Made by a program: the position numbers and the translations under genes. Below the pieces are notes generated by a model. That model did not search any database, was not told the DNA's origin, and saw nothing but the letters and a program-made list of their open reading frames with translations. Of a DNA stretch of 64,000 nt, positions 36,530-50,515 are shown in pieces. Source of the DNA: Podarcis tiliguerta (lineage: Eukaryota); NCBI GenBank assembly GCA_965153285.1, contig OZ229117.1; one strand, given 5' to 3'. Position 1 is the first letter of the stretch; each line of letters begins with the position of its first letter.

Positions 36530-36912
36530 AGGGATAGAAGAAAACTGTGGCTAGAGAAAAAAATTTCTCCCTCTTTCATAACAGTAGAACTTGTGGGCAC
36601 CCAACGAAGCTGAATTTTGGAAGATTCAACAGAGGTAAAAGAAAAGACTTCTTCACACACTCATAGCTAAACTATGGAAGTTGCTCCCACAGAAGGCAGT
36701 GATGGTCACCAACTTAGAAGGATTTAATACAGGATTGGTCAAATTCATGGAGGAGAGGGCTACTAATTGCTACTAGCCGTGATGGCTGTGCTCTCTGCAT
36801 GTGCTCAAATCCTATTTGTGTGTTTGTAATACCAGGCATTTGATTGGCCACTGTGAGAAGAGGAAGCTGTACTAGATGGGTCACCGGCCTGATCCAGCAT
36901 GCTTTTCTTATG
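36530..36912 (+). mobile_element. CR1 3' fragment
   Basis: TTCTCCCTCTTTCATAACAGTAGAAC..AAACTATGGAA..CTGATCCAGCATGCTTTTCTTATG. Confidence 0.7.
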
Positions 36913-39900
36913 CTCAATCGAGTTCTGCTGAAAAGCAAACTTCAAAACAATATCTCAGGGGGGTTTTTTGTTAGCGGATGTGGAACTTTCTGTGCTGAGA
37001 TGTCTTTGTGAGCAGGCAAAATTGTGGGTGAAGGTGGGGGAGACACTCAGGATTTCAACAATCCACCCACTTCAACAAGATAAAAAGAGCTCAGTCAAGC
37101 GTTACAAAAATGAAAAAGAGTTTAGCAAAATCTCGGCCCCACCAGTGCCGCTTTTCTATTACGCTCCCGTGTGTGAAAACAAGAACTCCTGCTCCTAGCA
37201 GGTTGGCGGAAAGTAACAAGATTACAGGTCACTGCACACAAAATCTTCCCAGGGCTCTTACACTGAAGAAGAAGGGGGGGGGACCACTTGCATTAAATAC
37301 CTGAGCAGCACTGATGCTTCCCTTTTAGCTCACCGAGTGTTTGAGTCCACAAACATGGAATTGATTCCTCAGGGAGGGGCAGCCTCCTGGCAGCAGCTGG
37401 GATGGAGGTGGGGGCCCAGGGTGTGGCTTCTACACTTTGCTCACAGCCGTAAGTAATGCCGGGTGTTTTTTCCCAGTGACAGAACTTGACCTGAAGAAGT
37501 TGGATGCTAAATCCAGCATTCGGAGAGGGGCAGGAGGAAAGAGACAGCGTGGGTGGTTTTGCAGGGAGGGAGGATGCACAACTATGTCAGTCCACTTTGA
37601 GAGAACTGGGCCATTGCTGAGGATATTTGTAGGTAGCTTGCATTTTAGGAGTGCCCAGCTGCTGTTCGGGTGACTGCTTCTCAGGCCGCTCCAGTTAGTG
37701 TCTGAACAGTGTTTGTTTTTCACACTTTCTAGCCAAAGACCTACACCTTCCAGAAGATTCTGCAAGGTTTCCTCAGGTATACACACCATGTTGGGCCTTA
37801 CAGTTGGTTTATTAATGAAACCAGCCTGAGGTGTGTGTAGAGCAGAAATTCCAATGGAAAAGCTTCATCTTCCCAAATTCTCTACCTTCATTTTTCCCCC
37901 CTGCTGCGTTACAAAATCTACAGGGTGGTCACTTATCCACACAACAAACGTAAACCAAAAGCACAGCCAAGAGATATTAGCTTCATCAGAGGGAAGGGTA
38001 TTCCTGGGCATTGGAAAAGGTGTTCACTGCTTCCTGTGGGACCACCAGGCAGGGTCCGTGATCGAGGCCAGAAATTCCCATTCAGCCCCAGGCTGTGAGA
38101 AAAACTATCCTGGAGTTCTTCTGGCAAACAGAGCCAGTCAGGCAAGGGTTACTGGAACACATCCCCTGCTCCTGTCCCCACGGCTAAATGAAGCAGAGAA
38201 AGCAGGCCTATCATTAAACAGCTCAGCTAGTCAGGAGGAAAAGAAGAGGCTGTTTCTAATCAACAATGCTAACCCGATAATGGAAGGAAGCCTGAGTTTA
38301 ATGGCTTGAAACTCTCCGGCAAAGCTGGCTCTCGGCTGATGTCTCCAGATAAGAGCATCGTTAGATGCATCAGCACCAGCATCTTGCCACTTAATTCACA
38401 GCTTCAGGACATTTAATGCCGGGTTTGCCAAGCATGTGAAGAGGAGCTGGGACAGATCCCAGGAGGGGAGGGAGGGGAGAGGAAATGGGTTCTGGTTACC
38501 TGCTCTGGGAAGGCACTGTGACCCATTTCAATCACAGTGTTCCCCAGGAGAAAGGGTGTGTTGTGTGTGCGTGCGTGCGCAGGGACACTCTGATAGAACA
38601 GCTTCTCTCTGTCCTCTAAAGAGAAACTTTCCCTAGCAACAAAACAGAACTGGTGGAGAAATAAATGCTTACTGGGGCTGAGCCAAATCGACTCCAAATC
38701 AACTTCATGAACATTTTCAGTACTGTTGGTGATTTTTCTGCAGCGCCACTTGCCGAAATACTCATCAGTTCATTTATATTGGCCTTTCTGGAATTCATTC
38801 TCAACTGATTTTGTTTTCCTCAGTGACATTCATGTACATTATGCATTTATTTACATAGCAGAGCCAAATCTATGTAGCAATGTGGCATCACCCTGTTTGC
38901 TTTTTGATCCCTGATTGGCTAGGATCTGGAGTACTTCCAAAAGGCAAAAAGAGCACAAGCCAGACAGAAATATGACATCAACCAAGGGAATATTTGCAGT
39001 TCCTTTTAAGAATAGCCCGCCACAATCCTGGAGCATATGCAGCGTGGCCCTAGTGACTCTTTTTATGACATAAGTCAGACAAAAAGAGATTGTGATGAGC
39101 TCCAGAAGGACGTCTCCAAACTGAATGAATGGGTGGTAAAATAGCAATTGCAATTCATTGTAAAGAACTGTAAAGTGATGCTTGTCAGGGCAAAAACAAA
39201 CCTTAATTGCACATATGTACATCTGGGATCTATACTAAGCTCATGGGATCAACAGCTTTTCCTTGGCAGTGTGTAAGCCTGCCCCCTCCCTGCAATGATC
39301 CCTTGCCTGTTTTGAAAAGGTGAAGATTGGATTGGTGTTTTATTCCCCTTTGCTTTCTCCTTTGGTTTTTCCAGCTGTCTGATTTGGAATTATAACCAGA
39401 TAGGGCACAAATCCCATTTTGGTGCTGTTCCTTGTCCCTGGGATCTCATCATGTCAGTTCTCTTATGCAAGCTGGGAACCAGAGGTCTGACTCGTTTCCT
39501 CCCAGATGTTCTGGGACCCATCAATGCTATAAGCAGCAGTTGCTCCACTCTGCTTGGCATCTCAATGGTCCTGATGATTATGACTCATCCTGACTGTCCC
39601 TCCTGCTGCCAGTCAATTGCCAAACCATGTTGCTTCTTCCTGTCTGCCTGTGCATAGGAAGTGCCAGCAAGAAGTTATTCTCTCCCACTCTCTCTATTCT
39701 AGAAGGTGGCCTGGGCCAGCAGTATCCCATTTGAAATGCTGCTCATTCCAGCTTAATGCTGCTTCTAACTGGCTCCAGAAAATCTCCTTTCTGTGACCTG
39801 GTTTGCAAATCATGCTAGATGCACAAGTGGACAGGCTCTGAGAAAAGAAATGGTGGCTGCTCTGCCTCTTCCCAGCCATTCTGCTACCATGCTGAGTTAA

Positions 39901-41258
39901 GCCATTGCCAAACCTTGGCTCATGCTTTAGTCCTCCTTAATGAACCATGAGCCTAAAACCTTGGTTCAAGCTCATGGGTAGTCAGGAGAGAGCCAAACCA
40001 CAAGTCCAGGTTTCAGATTATGTGCTCAGTCAACGTGGTGCATGATCCAACAAGCTCTCCTTAGGTTCTTATGTTCATGCTAAGCCATGGCTTGGCTTAG
40101 CGTGACATGCAGACCAGGCCATGGATACAGAAAATAATGTTGCATAGTCAGCCTCAAGCATGGTCTCCAACAGAGAACAGCTCCCATCAGCCCATGCAGC
40201 TAGCATGGCCAACGATCAGGAATGATGAAAGCTGTAGTCCAAAAACACAGGTCTCCCCATCCCTGATCTGCAAGTTACCATAATCTCCCCCTGTCTTGAT
40301 AGTAGGCTTGCCGTTTGCCCCAAGGGACAGTTCCTGAGCCCTGTTCCTGGGTGCCATGCCCAGTTCATTCAGTCTTTGGGCACTGGCTTGGATTAATTCT
40401 CCTATCTGTATCTTTGTCTGCATGTGACTAACAGAATGAGCCCGAAAGGCTGAATAAAGGGGAAAAACAAGGGTGTCCTGGCACTTTATCTCCAGGGCAG
40501 ATGGGCCTAATCAATGCACCTTGGCCAACTGATTTTAAAAATTAAAGGACTTGGCAAAGCAGAAGCAAAGGGTTCTGCCTAAACTTTGAAAGAACTATTT
40601 ATCAAAGGGCTGAAATAAATTGATGGATGCTGCAGGCTGGGCTTGTGTGAGTTCCACCAGATAAGGTTCTGTTATATAGCCAAGGGAGATGTATAATGCT
40701 GGACTGCAGTGTCCTCCTAGCTTGGATACTAAGCTCGCAGTTCTGCCCATTGTTGATTCCGTTATAGAGATGACAAGTCATGCAGCTTTTTAAAATAATG
40801 GGTTTATAGAATTGATTTTTTTTTTCTTTGTTTCTAGAGATGTCTGTGAAAGCAATACATACTGGGTTAAAATTATGCACTAATCCCAAACAGGAATCTC
40901 TCTGGAGGAAATTGTTTTCCATATTTTCACTTGGTGCAAAGTCTATCTGAATTTTCCAGAAAAGTAACAGGCCCAGAAACCAGCTGTGCTTTGCAATTGG
41001 AGAATAGGGTTTGCAGGAGAAGAGTAGTAAAATGCACAGGCCAAGATAGAGCTATCTGGAAGCAGAAGCAGAAATCCCTAACCCTTTCTCATACTGGTGT
41101 TGGGAGTAAAGCAGCAATGCTTGTAATACCTTACCTGAACTGTAGGGGCGATAGACAGAAAGGCAACCGATACTCCCTTGCCTATTCCTTCTTAAGCAAC
41201 TGTTGGCATACAGGTTTCTCCACTCTGCTGCTAACTATATGTGGGATGTAATCCACTG

Positions 41259-41477
41259 GTCTCCTGCCAATCTAGCAGTTCGAAAGCACATCAAAGTGCA
41301 AGTAGATAAATAGGTACTGCTCCAGCGGGAAGGTAAATGGTGCTTCCGTGCGCTGCTCTGGTTCACCAGAAGTGGCTTAGTCATGCTGGCCACATGACCC
41401 GGAAGCTGTATGCCGGCTCCCTCGGCCAATAAAGCGAGTTGAGCACTGCAACCCCAGAGTTGTCCACTACTGGACCT
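41259..41477 (+). mobile_element. Sauria SINE (POM-like), truncated
   Basis: CTCCTGCCAATCTAGCAGTTCGAAAGCAC..GCAAGTAGATAAATAGGTAC..GCAACCCCAGAGT. Confidence 0.85.
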
Positions 41478-42744
41478 CAAGCTCAATTTTGTTTATAACA
41501 CTCTTCCATTTTCTTCTAGTTGTGAGGATGAGGGATGAGGAGGGGCCTCGCAAGTGGAGTAGCCTAGGGCCTCTCTTCATCTAAATCCGGCGCTGGGTAC
41601 AGTCAAATGCAACATTCCTTATTTCTCTAGAGTGAGCACAGGCGGGGGATATCCAGTCAGTGCAACCTACGGCCTGGGCAGGCCGCATCATCCTCTTATA
41701 TACCTGCTGGGATTGACAAGGCATCTGACCCTCACCTGAATCCCATTAATCAGCCCTAGCAAACCCATATGGACTGGGGCTGATGGGAGTTGTAGTCCAA
41801 AAGCATTTGGAGGGCAGAAAGTTGGTGAAGGATGCTCTACACACACACACACACACCAATAATACAACTGCATGTAAGAAACAGAAGCATTCTTGGGGTG
41901 GAGGCTGAGAATTTTTAAACCCTTGGGATTCTGAGGAGGAAGGTGAAATGCAAGGGGATGTGTGTAAAATACAGATAAGAAAGCTGAACTCCAGCTGTTC
42001 CTCTTATCAACCCTCCCTATTTTCCACTGCAAGAACATGTAATTTTTGTGCCTTAATCATATAAGTTGGAGTGACAGCTGCCATGTGTCAGTGATTTGGT
42101 TCCTGGAATTCTCCTCCCGCCTCCCGCCTCCCGCTGCCGCCATGCATGCATCTAAAATGGAATCTTGCTTCCTAGCTCCTTTTTCTAATCTTCTTCTTAA
42201 TGCATCCCATATCTTGATGATGCATAACGGAAGTTATTAGCAGTGATGCATTAAAATATTAGATGGCTTTGAGAGGTGCCTCTTGTTTGTCTCAGGCATT
42301 TTTTTAAAAAATGCTTTTTTAAAAAAAATTCTTATTACATCCTGGGTTAGTTTCTGGGCTTAAGTAAATAACAGGCTTCTTTGGTTTTTTTCTTCAAAAG
42401 CACAAGACCTGGACATGTTTGGTGTGTATAACAGTACACGTGCCTACTCAGGAGTAAGTTCCAGTAAGTTCATTGGGACCTACTCCTAGGTAAGTGGATG
42501 TACTGTCGCAGCCCACAGGTCTGCAAATGCACCTTAGTTGTTTGCAAGAGCACAGCACCCATAAAAGACACACTTGGCAACCCTCTGTCAGTTGCAGCGG
42601 TGGGAGAAAACTCCCTTTGTGGGTTCAGTATGGATGTACAAACCAGATTCCTAACTGGTCAGACTTTTATTCAGTAATGCATTACTGGACAGAGTCCAAA
42701 AGAGTCTGTGAGAGCATATCCATTATGATATATGTAATATAGGC

Positions 42745-42812
42745 TTTTTTTTTAGTAAAAAAATGTTTTATTGAAGGTTTTCTTGGGTAACAAAAGTACA
42801 TACAGTGTCTCT
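42745..42812 (-). mobile_element. extreme 3' tip of the L1 family seen at 819-2538
   Basis: The reverse complement AGAGACACTGTATGTACTTTTGTTACCCAAGAAAACCTTCAATAAAA resembles 2474-2520. Confidence 0.6.
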
Positions 42813-43488
42813 GCTTTTAGTTCATAGAGACCTTTCTACTGATCTCCCCAACCACATTCTGCCCCTCCTTTGCCCCACCATTGCTCATCCAATCACAGTC
42901 CTTGAAGATACTTACTCAACCCATTTTTATTTTGCTGGATGTGCAGCCAAGTTGCTTTTCCCTGGTTTCTTTCCTGCTGGGACCAATTTCCAGTGTATGT
43001 GCCACAGCATGTTTACCATTGACTTAAGCAGGGCTTACTTCCAAGTAAAGGGTGCACCGGGCCATAACCTCCAGGTTAGTGCCTTTCTACTGGTGCCTTG
43101 TTGGAAGTAACAAAAAGGCAAGTGTGGTATTGCCAGAAGTTCCTGCTTCTGGCTTCCCTGATTTAGGCTGCAGCTCTGTGTACCCACTTTATTAGGAGTA
43201 ATCTCAGGCTTGTGGGTTCAAGCTCCCAAGTTGGGCAAAAAGATTCCTGCATTGAGGGAGTTGGACTAGATGACTCTCAGGGTCTCTTCCAACTCCAAAA
43301 ATCTATTATTCCATTATTGTGTTGTTAAACGCCCAGTTTAAAAGTTGTTTGTGATGACTCAATTATGTCGTTTTTTTCTGGAGATGGGATGGCGGACACA
43401 TCTCCTCGAGAAGAGCGCAAGGGACAAGGGGAGGCACCAATACAGCTCCTTACCAATGGCACAGCTCTGATGATACAGCCTCTCTTGA

Positions 43489-43532
43489 GAGCCAGTGTGG
43501 TGCAGTGGTTAAGAGTGGTAGTCTCGTAATCT
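43489..43532 (+). mobile_element. orphan 44-bp Squam3-like SINE head
   Basis: GAGCCAGTGTGGTGCAGTGGTTAAGAGTGGTAGTCTCGTAATCT, broken at the start of the inverted duplication. Confidence 0.8.
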
Positions 43533-43535
43533 TTG

Positions 43536-43746
43536 ACTTTGACCATGTCACCTCTTTTCTAAACTAATAAGTGGCAAATGCTGCAACCTTTATTCATAGG
43601 GGAGCCATTCCATCCCTTTGATAATGCTCAGAGATTTCTAAGAACAGAACTAGGAATGGTGGAGTAACGTAGAGATTCTGACCTGATTGAGCCAGCATGG
43701 TGTAGTGGTTAAGAGCGGTGGACTCGTAATCTGGTGAACCAGGTTC
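43536..43746 (-). repeat. inverted duplicate of 50400-50610 (210/211 identical)
   Basis: Manual base-by-base comparison. The single mismatch is at 43706/50440. Confidence 0.95.
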
Positions 43747-44012
43747 ACCTCTCCGCTCCTCCACATGCAGCTGCTGGGTGACCTTGGCCCAGTCACACTT
43801 CTTTGAAGTCTCTCAGCCCCGCTCACCTCACAGAGTGTTTGTTGTGGAGGAGAAAGGGAAAGGAGAATGTTAGCTGCTTTGAGACTCCTTAGGGTAGTGA
43901 TAAAGCGGCATATCAAATCCAAACTACTACTACTACTACTACTACTACTCTTCTTCTTCTTCTTCTTCTTCTTCTTCTTCTTCTTCTTCTTCTTCTTCTT
44001 CTACTTCTTCTT
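43689..44012 (+). mobile_element. Squam3-like SINE with (CTA)n(CTT)n tail
   Basis: tRNA-like head TGGTGTAGTGGTTAAGAGC..GGTTC, body GGGTGACCTTGG, microsatellite tail at 43924-44012. Confidence 0.85.
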
Positions 44013-45160
44013 CAAACCTGCTTGGAAGTGAGACTCACCACTCAAGGAGAAAAGCTACCAGTGAAAAGGGGGAAGCCGTCTGCATGTACTCAGAAGCACT
44101 CTTGTTCCTACACGCTCTGGAAGCCTTCACACTGCAAACAGAGTTCTGGAGGCTGAAACAGGTGATGAAAGTGAACCTTGGCAACAATATATTAGGTTTG
44201 TTGAGAACTGGAAGAAGCAAATTGTGAAGAATGTATCCTGTCTACTCAGGTGAAGGGTGACATATCACTGACTGCTCAGCCTGCCACTATGTCTGAAGGT
44301 TGGGCATCTCAGGGAGAGAGAGAAAACGTTTTTAGAAAAACACATGCCAGTGCCTTCAGTTTCTGTGATTAGAGGAAGAAGAAACTCTCCGCTCTATATG
44401 TACATAAATAGATTGGCTTTTTCCACTGAAAAGGAAGCGGGGAGTCAAACAGGAGCCACACTATGGTGTCATTGTGTTTCTAAGGAAGCCTTTTAGAGAG
44501 GAGTCCTTCCTGCTAAGCCACTAGGAATAGTTCTGCCTCCCATCCCAGCCAACAGAGGCTATCAAAGCACTGCCTTCCAAGATGCAACACTTTTGACAGA
44601 TAACAGGAAATTGAACTGCCCTGAGCACACCATAGAACATCTGATAAATATTATTTGGAAACTTGATTGAGGTTGAACTTGGGCATTTCTACCACTTTCT
44701 GAACCCAAACAGGAAAGATTTCTTCCGTGATTCATCTGAGGCAGTTTTTTCTGTGGCAAGCAAGGAGGACAGTTCAAATAAAGATTGGCCTAGATGTTGC
44801 AGCCCCAGGCAATTTAAGTGTATGCAATTTTGCCTAATGTACATGTTTTTGCATTCAAATTTCCCCAATTTTTTTGTAGGTTATCTTTCATAATATATTC
44901 ATCTTTAGGCAAATTTTCCTAGTATATGCATTTTTTTTGACACATTGCTACATTGCAAGGTGTCCAAATCCTCACTCTGCCATGAAACTTACTGGGTGTG
45001 ACCTTGGGGGCCAGTCACTGAGCCATTGCAGCAGCCCTGGAGGGGTGGCTGCCCAGTCAGCCAGCAGTGCTATTAGAGGAGTGGGAGTGCCCAGTAGGGC
45101 TTGGAGGGAAGAAAGATGGAGAGAGCAGGTGAGAGTGGCAAGAGGAGGAAAAAGGAAGAG

Positions 45161-45196
45161 AGGGAGGGAGGGAGGGAGGGAGGGAGGGAGGGAGGG
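45161..45196 (+). repeat. (AGGG)9 polypurine tract
   Basis: Directly visible. Confidence 0.9.
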
Positions 45197-48100
45197 AGGA
45201 GGTGGAAGCGGAAAGCAGTAAGCAGAGGGAAGAAGGAAAGCAGGCAGACAGTCAACAAATGATGGAGGAGGAGGAGGAGGAGAACAGGCCCAATCCAACC
45301 CTGATGGCTGATGGAAGTCACTGATGGAGCACAAAAGGTGACAAAAAGCAAACATTTTGCGTTTCTGGTCCATGATCTTTCCCAGCTTTGGAGGTACCAA
45401 TACATCCCTTTGCCAACAGCGTAAGGGGGCATAGATATGCCTCTGAAGGCAGAACATCACTGGAAGCAGATGAAATGGAAGCAACACCCAGATCTCCCAT
45501 TCGTATCTTGCTGTCCTGGTCACAAAGATGGAACTGTAGACAGAAAGTATTCCATGACTAAATGGAGGAATCCTGACTATCGAGAAAAGCCAGCTTTGCA
45601 TTTTAATTTGAACCTTTATACGACATCGGAGGTTCTGAGCATTTGAGAAGGGAAATGGTGGAAGTCTTTCCCTTTCTGTCAAAGCCAACTGGCTAGGAGT
45701 TTCTGTATCTCTTCTCAGTGAGATCCACATTTTTCTGTGTTCTGCCTCCCTTTGCCACTTGATACGTCAGGAGGCTTGTTCCTCGCTATTACACAGTATC
45801 ACTAACAAGACAGCCCTGTTGCAACACCCCAGTGTGATGCTAAGGGGAAAATGTGTGTGTTTTAAAAAGACCCATGCAGCATGAGGCCAGATAATACCGC
45901 CAGCCTGAATGCTAACATCTCAGCCCCTCTTGCTTGGAAGTATCCATTAACAATGCTCCTCTTCAACAAAGAGCCTGTGGAAACTAGATAGCGGGAGCCG
46001 AGTTTTCAAGCCAATTCCACCCCACACAGCAATTGCTGAATTCATATGCAGGCTTTCCGTGCCTCATAAATTTTCATCCTGGCATCGCTTCTTGTTCTCT
46101 TTTACCGCATTTTCAAAATGTAGGTTACCCCTTTTGCATTTTAAACAGGCGCAATTGTATCTAATGCCTGGGTTTTTATGGCCACTAAAGCACTCCTCAG
46201 TTTGATGAACTGATCTCAAGCGAGGTAAATTATGTCACTCATCGGCTTTGTCAGTAAATCAAGGGGTGACACTTCCCTGATTTGTAAAGGCTGAAGGGAA
46301 GGATTCACATGGAAAACCTATAAGGCAAGGTTAGATTAATAAGCAGTTTAAAGAAAATGTTCCTGCTTTAATGGATATGGTACATCCAAAATCAATTCTG
46401 GTTCACTGACATTTCGGAGACTTCTTTCTGAGGATCACTAGAAAGACTGTATTAAACACTTTATGGAAAATTCAATCCTGGATTTCTTTGCTTTACAGTA
46501 ATTGACAACATTTCCATATATTGCCATGTGGTTTTAGTGCTGTAAAGTTTCCGTGGCGCCCTTCCGTTCGTGCCCCCTCCCTTCTAATTATTTTGCTTCC
46601 CTCTGCCTGCCACCAGGGAAAGAAAAGTTGCATTTCAAACTTGCCCTTTATGTCTTGCATTTTCATTTGCAAAATGTTGTCCTCCCGCACCTAACACCAA
46701 CACAAATGGCTGGTGCCACAGATCCTAGGATCAATCACTTGCTGAAGCAGCCCAACTCAAAGTGCCTAAGGCCAGCCATTCCTGCCTATGCAGATGCCTT
46801 GGCAAGAGCAAGGGTGCGCAAAGGATGCTGGGGGATTCCCTCTTGCCTCAGCACTTACTTGGAGAGGTGAGCAGATTCCCCTCAGCTTGCATTACATGGG
46901 CTTTGTCATTACTATTGTTTAGTAAATTTAAATACCTGTGTGGCTTGAAAGATCAGCAGAGCTACATATTCTAAATCATTTTATCCTCACAACAAAATAG
47001 ATTATGCTGGGAGACTGTGACTGGCCCAAGGTCACCCTGTGAACTTCATGACAGAGCAGGGAAGCAGGAGGCCAGCAGACATTTTGTATTTTTCTGTTGT
47101 GAACAGTCCAGGGAACTTTGGATGAAGGCCAGTATACAAATTTAATAAATAACAACAGCAACAACAGCCTTAAAGCTCCTTCTCCCAACCCCTGGTGATT
47201 ATGCTGAGGTAAAAAATTGGCTTTAATGCCCCCACTTCTAGTCCTTCATAGGAACGTGCTCCCCCCCCCCCCGAACCTCTTTGAGGCAGGATTAATGAAC
47301 AGAACTATGTTTCTTAGGGGTTCTTATATTCGGGGAGACTCTGAATCGCTGCTCCCCAGCATCCTCCTCAAAATGCAAAACCAAAAATCATACAAGTAGT
47401 ATGCATTGCATTTTATTGAATATAATTCAATTTGTGAGAGGGTTGGAACTAGAAAGAGGAAAATCCCCTAAAACAGGATTACAACTCACATTTCCAAATT
47501 CCCTATAGAGTGTTCTGAGCCACTGCACACGCCACATTAATATCAATTGAGAGCTTGTTCTCCATTCTCCTACAGGTGAGCTCGGCAATGACCAGAAGAT
47601 AGATGGCCACAGCACACTTCCCCGCCAGCCCCTTGATGTGGGCCCAGGAGATCATGACCATCTAGATCAGGAATCAATATCAGCAGTTTCATGTTAAGGA
47701 GCAAAGCTTTGGAGCAGTTAATCCTAGGAGAGATACATCTGGAGATGGGCCAATATTTACAAGCAATTTACAAAGCGAATAAAACAATGAAACTGTAAGA
47801 GGGGGAAAGTTAAAACAGACTATTTAAAACATTCAGAAATAAATGATAATATAAAAACCAAATTAAAACACATTTTTACGTCCCCCTTTTTTCTCTTCTT
47901 TTTTTAGAGAGAGGCCATCTTCTTCTCTCCAACGAAGTCCACAACCATGTCCCAAGGGGGCGGGGAGGCATCAAGAGGATCCAGTCCTAGAAACCCTGCA
48001 GCCATTTGTGCCTAGATCAGTTCCTACCTGCAATCTTGAGAGCAAATTGCAGTGGAAGTTCCCCCTTTCCCTTCCTATCCCTTCCCCAAGAGCAAATTAT

Positions 48101-48637
48101 TGGCGTCCCCTTGGCTTCTTTAACTCCCCAACACTGTGCCGTTATCTATTTGTCCCTCCCCTCTGTGTGCCTCAGTCTCCTTCTTCCTTGCCAATAAATT
48201 CCATGAGGTCTACCCCATTTGAGGGAATGAACAGAATGAAACATTCATGTCCATGTGAGGCTTTTGGTGACTTGCCTCTTCCCCCTATGCTGCCTTCCAT
48301 AGGAAGTAAGCATCTCCTAAGCAAAGAGGTGTCCAGGCTGCCCAAGCTTTGTCAGGACCATGGACAGCAGTGTGGGTCAACCCAGAGCTCTAGCGAGACC
48401 AGCCAGAAGGCAGAACCAAACAGTAACCAAGAATGGAGGAACAAGTCAGAGCTTATTGCTCAAGCAAGACTCAACTGCCACAAGAAGCCTTTAATACTCC
48501 TTTCTGCCCAGAAAACAGTGGAGTCAGCCAAATGTTGGAAGGTGCCCTTGGAGCTCATGGGAGTTGTAATCCAAAAAATCTGGAGGGTGAAGGGTGCTAT
48601 GTGGCTGAAGTTCTGCTGCTTCTGCCCTCAGGGAAGA

Positions 48638-48858
48638 GAGCCAGCGTGGAGCAGCAGTTAGAGTGTCAGACTAGGACCAAGGTGACCAGATTTCGAATCC
48701 TCACCACTCGGGCAAGACGTTCACGGGGCAATCTTGGGCCAGTCGCTGCCTCTCAGCCTAACCTTCCCCACAGGGCTGTTGTGTGGATTAAATGAGATGG
48801 GGGAGAACTATGTATGCCACCTTGAGCTCTTTGGAGAAAAAGGTGGGATATTAATTAA
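48638..48858 (+). mobile_element. Squam3-like SINE
   Basis: GAGCCAGCGTGG..AGAGTGTCAGACTAGGACC..GGAGAAAAAGGTGGGATA. Confidence 0.7.
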
Positions 48859-50176
48859 TGAAGGACAGAAAGAAAGAAGGAAGACTCCTGGAGCTGCCTC
48901 TTCACCCTCTGCTTACCATCTTTCTGAAAAAGGAGAAAATAATCCCCAGGCGATATGTCCCTAAAAGCCATGGTTGGGCCAACCAGAGGGTAATCATGTT
49001 ACCACCAAGTAGCCCATATCATCCACTGACCCATGGCACCTAATTGTGATTTAGGGGAAATGTGTGGAACAGATTACAGCAACTTTTTAAAGAGGACAGT
49101 AAGGAAGCATTAAAGCCCATAAAGGGCTAAATCCCTTTTAAGCAAATGGAAGCCATTCATTGTTGAATGTGCCTGTCCTATATTTTCCACATTGTTAACT
49201 TTGCTGTAAAGCTGCTTTTGCAATGGCACTGGGAGGGGAGCAAAGAGCATTCCAGAATTGCCTGCGCTAGTTTCAATTTTCCTCCCGAGGCTCAAAAAGT
49301 AAGAAAGCAGGCAAAAGGGAAACAAAGGCCATCCAGCCCATCCCTTGACGTGGGGGAATGGGCAGGATTGCCAAGTCTCCCCACATATGTCCATCTAACC
49401 AATCCAGGCTTTTCCTGAGATTAATATTAAATCATTATATTGGATGTAGTAATTTTTAATGCATTGGCTTATTAAGGCATGCTTACCCTGCCTTTCTGCT
49501 CTCAATAATGCCCAAGGCAGTGAAAAACAACATCAAAATGTCAAGACTAAAAACAATAAAAACCCACCTGAGAGTTACACTTACCCTTTTGAGCAACAAT
49601 GGCAAAGTTTCTAGACGGCAAGAGAAGGAGAGTGAAAATGTGGTGTTAAAAAGAATAACTCAGGATTTTTTCAAGGGCCACCTCAAGGTCACTTCTAAGG
49701 GCAACAGTTTCTAAATAGCTGTTGCTCCACCATTTGGACCTCAAATAAGTCATTATACTGCCACTTACAGTTTACTGAGGCTCTTCCTGTAAATCGTTCT
49801 CTCATTGTAACATTTTGTACCCATAACTGAAGTTATCGGGCCATGAGCTTGCAGGGAGGGGCTTGTGGAAGCAAGTTCTTTGCAACGCTGGGATTTGAAC
49901 CAAGGATTCTCAGGATCTCAGGGTATTATACATGAGCACTTTCTTAACATTCTGTGCACTTCCACATACAACATCAACCATGCAATTTATCAATCCTATA
50001 GTTTCTTCAGAAATAGCACTGTTGTGTTTCATTTCTCAAAGCAGCTTCAATCCAACTAGAAAATTTAAGCTGCATTCACTCGATATTTAAGTCAGGTGTG
50101 TTTATTTGAGACAGCTAGCACACATTCACAGATTATAGATTCAGGAATAGAAGTTATAGAGAGGAGAAAGTTACAG

Positions 50177-50457
50177 GAAGAAGAAGAAGGAGGAGGAGGA
50201 GGAGGAGGAGGAGGAGTTGGAGTTTGGACTTGATATCCTGCCTTTCACTCCCCTTAAGGAGTCTCAAAGCGGTTAACAATCTCCTTTCCCTTCCTCCCCC
50301 ACAACAAACACTCTGTGAGGTGAGTGAGGCTGAGAGACTTCAGAGAAGTGTGACTGGCCCAAGGTCACCCAGCAGCTGCATGTGGAGGAGCGGAGACGCG
50401 AACCTGGTTCACCAGATTACGAGTCCACCGCTCTTAACCTCTACACCATGCTGGCTC
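50177..50457 (-). mobile_element. Squam3-like SINE with (CCT/CTT)n tail
   Basis: Reverse-complement homolog of 43689-44012. Confidence 0.85.
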
Positions 50458-50515
50458 AATCAGGTCAGAATCTCTACGTTACTCCACCATTCCTAGTTCT
50501 GTTCTTAGAAATCTC

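Noticed and set aside
37833-38309. 158-aa ORF as an exon
   Set aside because: No recognisable protein similarity or coding-like character. I cannot exclude short exons anywhere in the window without alignments.
43689-43760. tRNA gene
   Set aside because: It is the tRNA-derived head of a SINE, continuing into SINE body and tail, with no full cloverleaf evident. The same applies to the other SINE heads.
44972-45730. 252-aa minus-strand ORF
   Set aside because: It stays open by running through (CCCT)n/(CCT)n low-complexity sequence and a SINE remnant, and has no recognisable domain.
48008-48661. 217-aa plus-strand ORF
   Set aside because: Non-ATG start, no recognisable domain, and it ends in repeat-derived sequence.
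43650-50496. Two similar 90-aa ORFs (43650-43922 and 50224-50496) as duplicated genes
   Set aside because: They are antisense translations of Squam3-like SINEs plus the duplicated flank.
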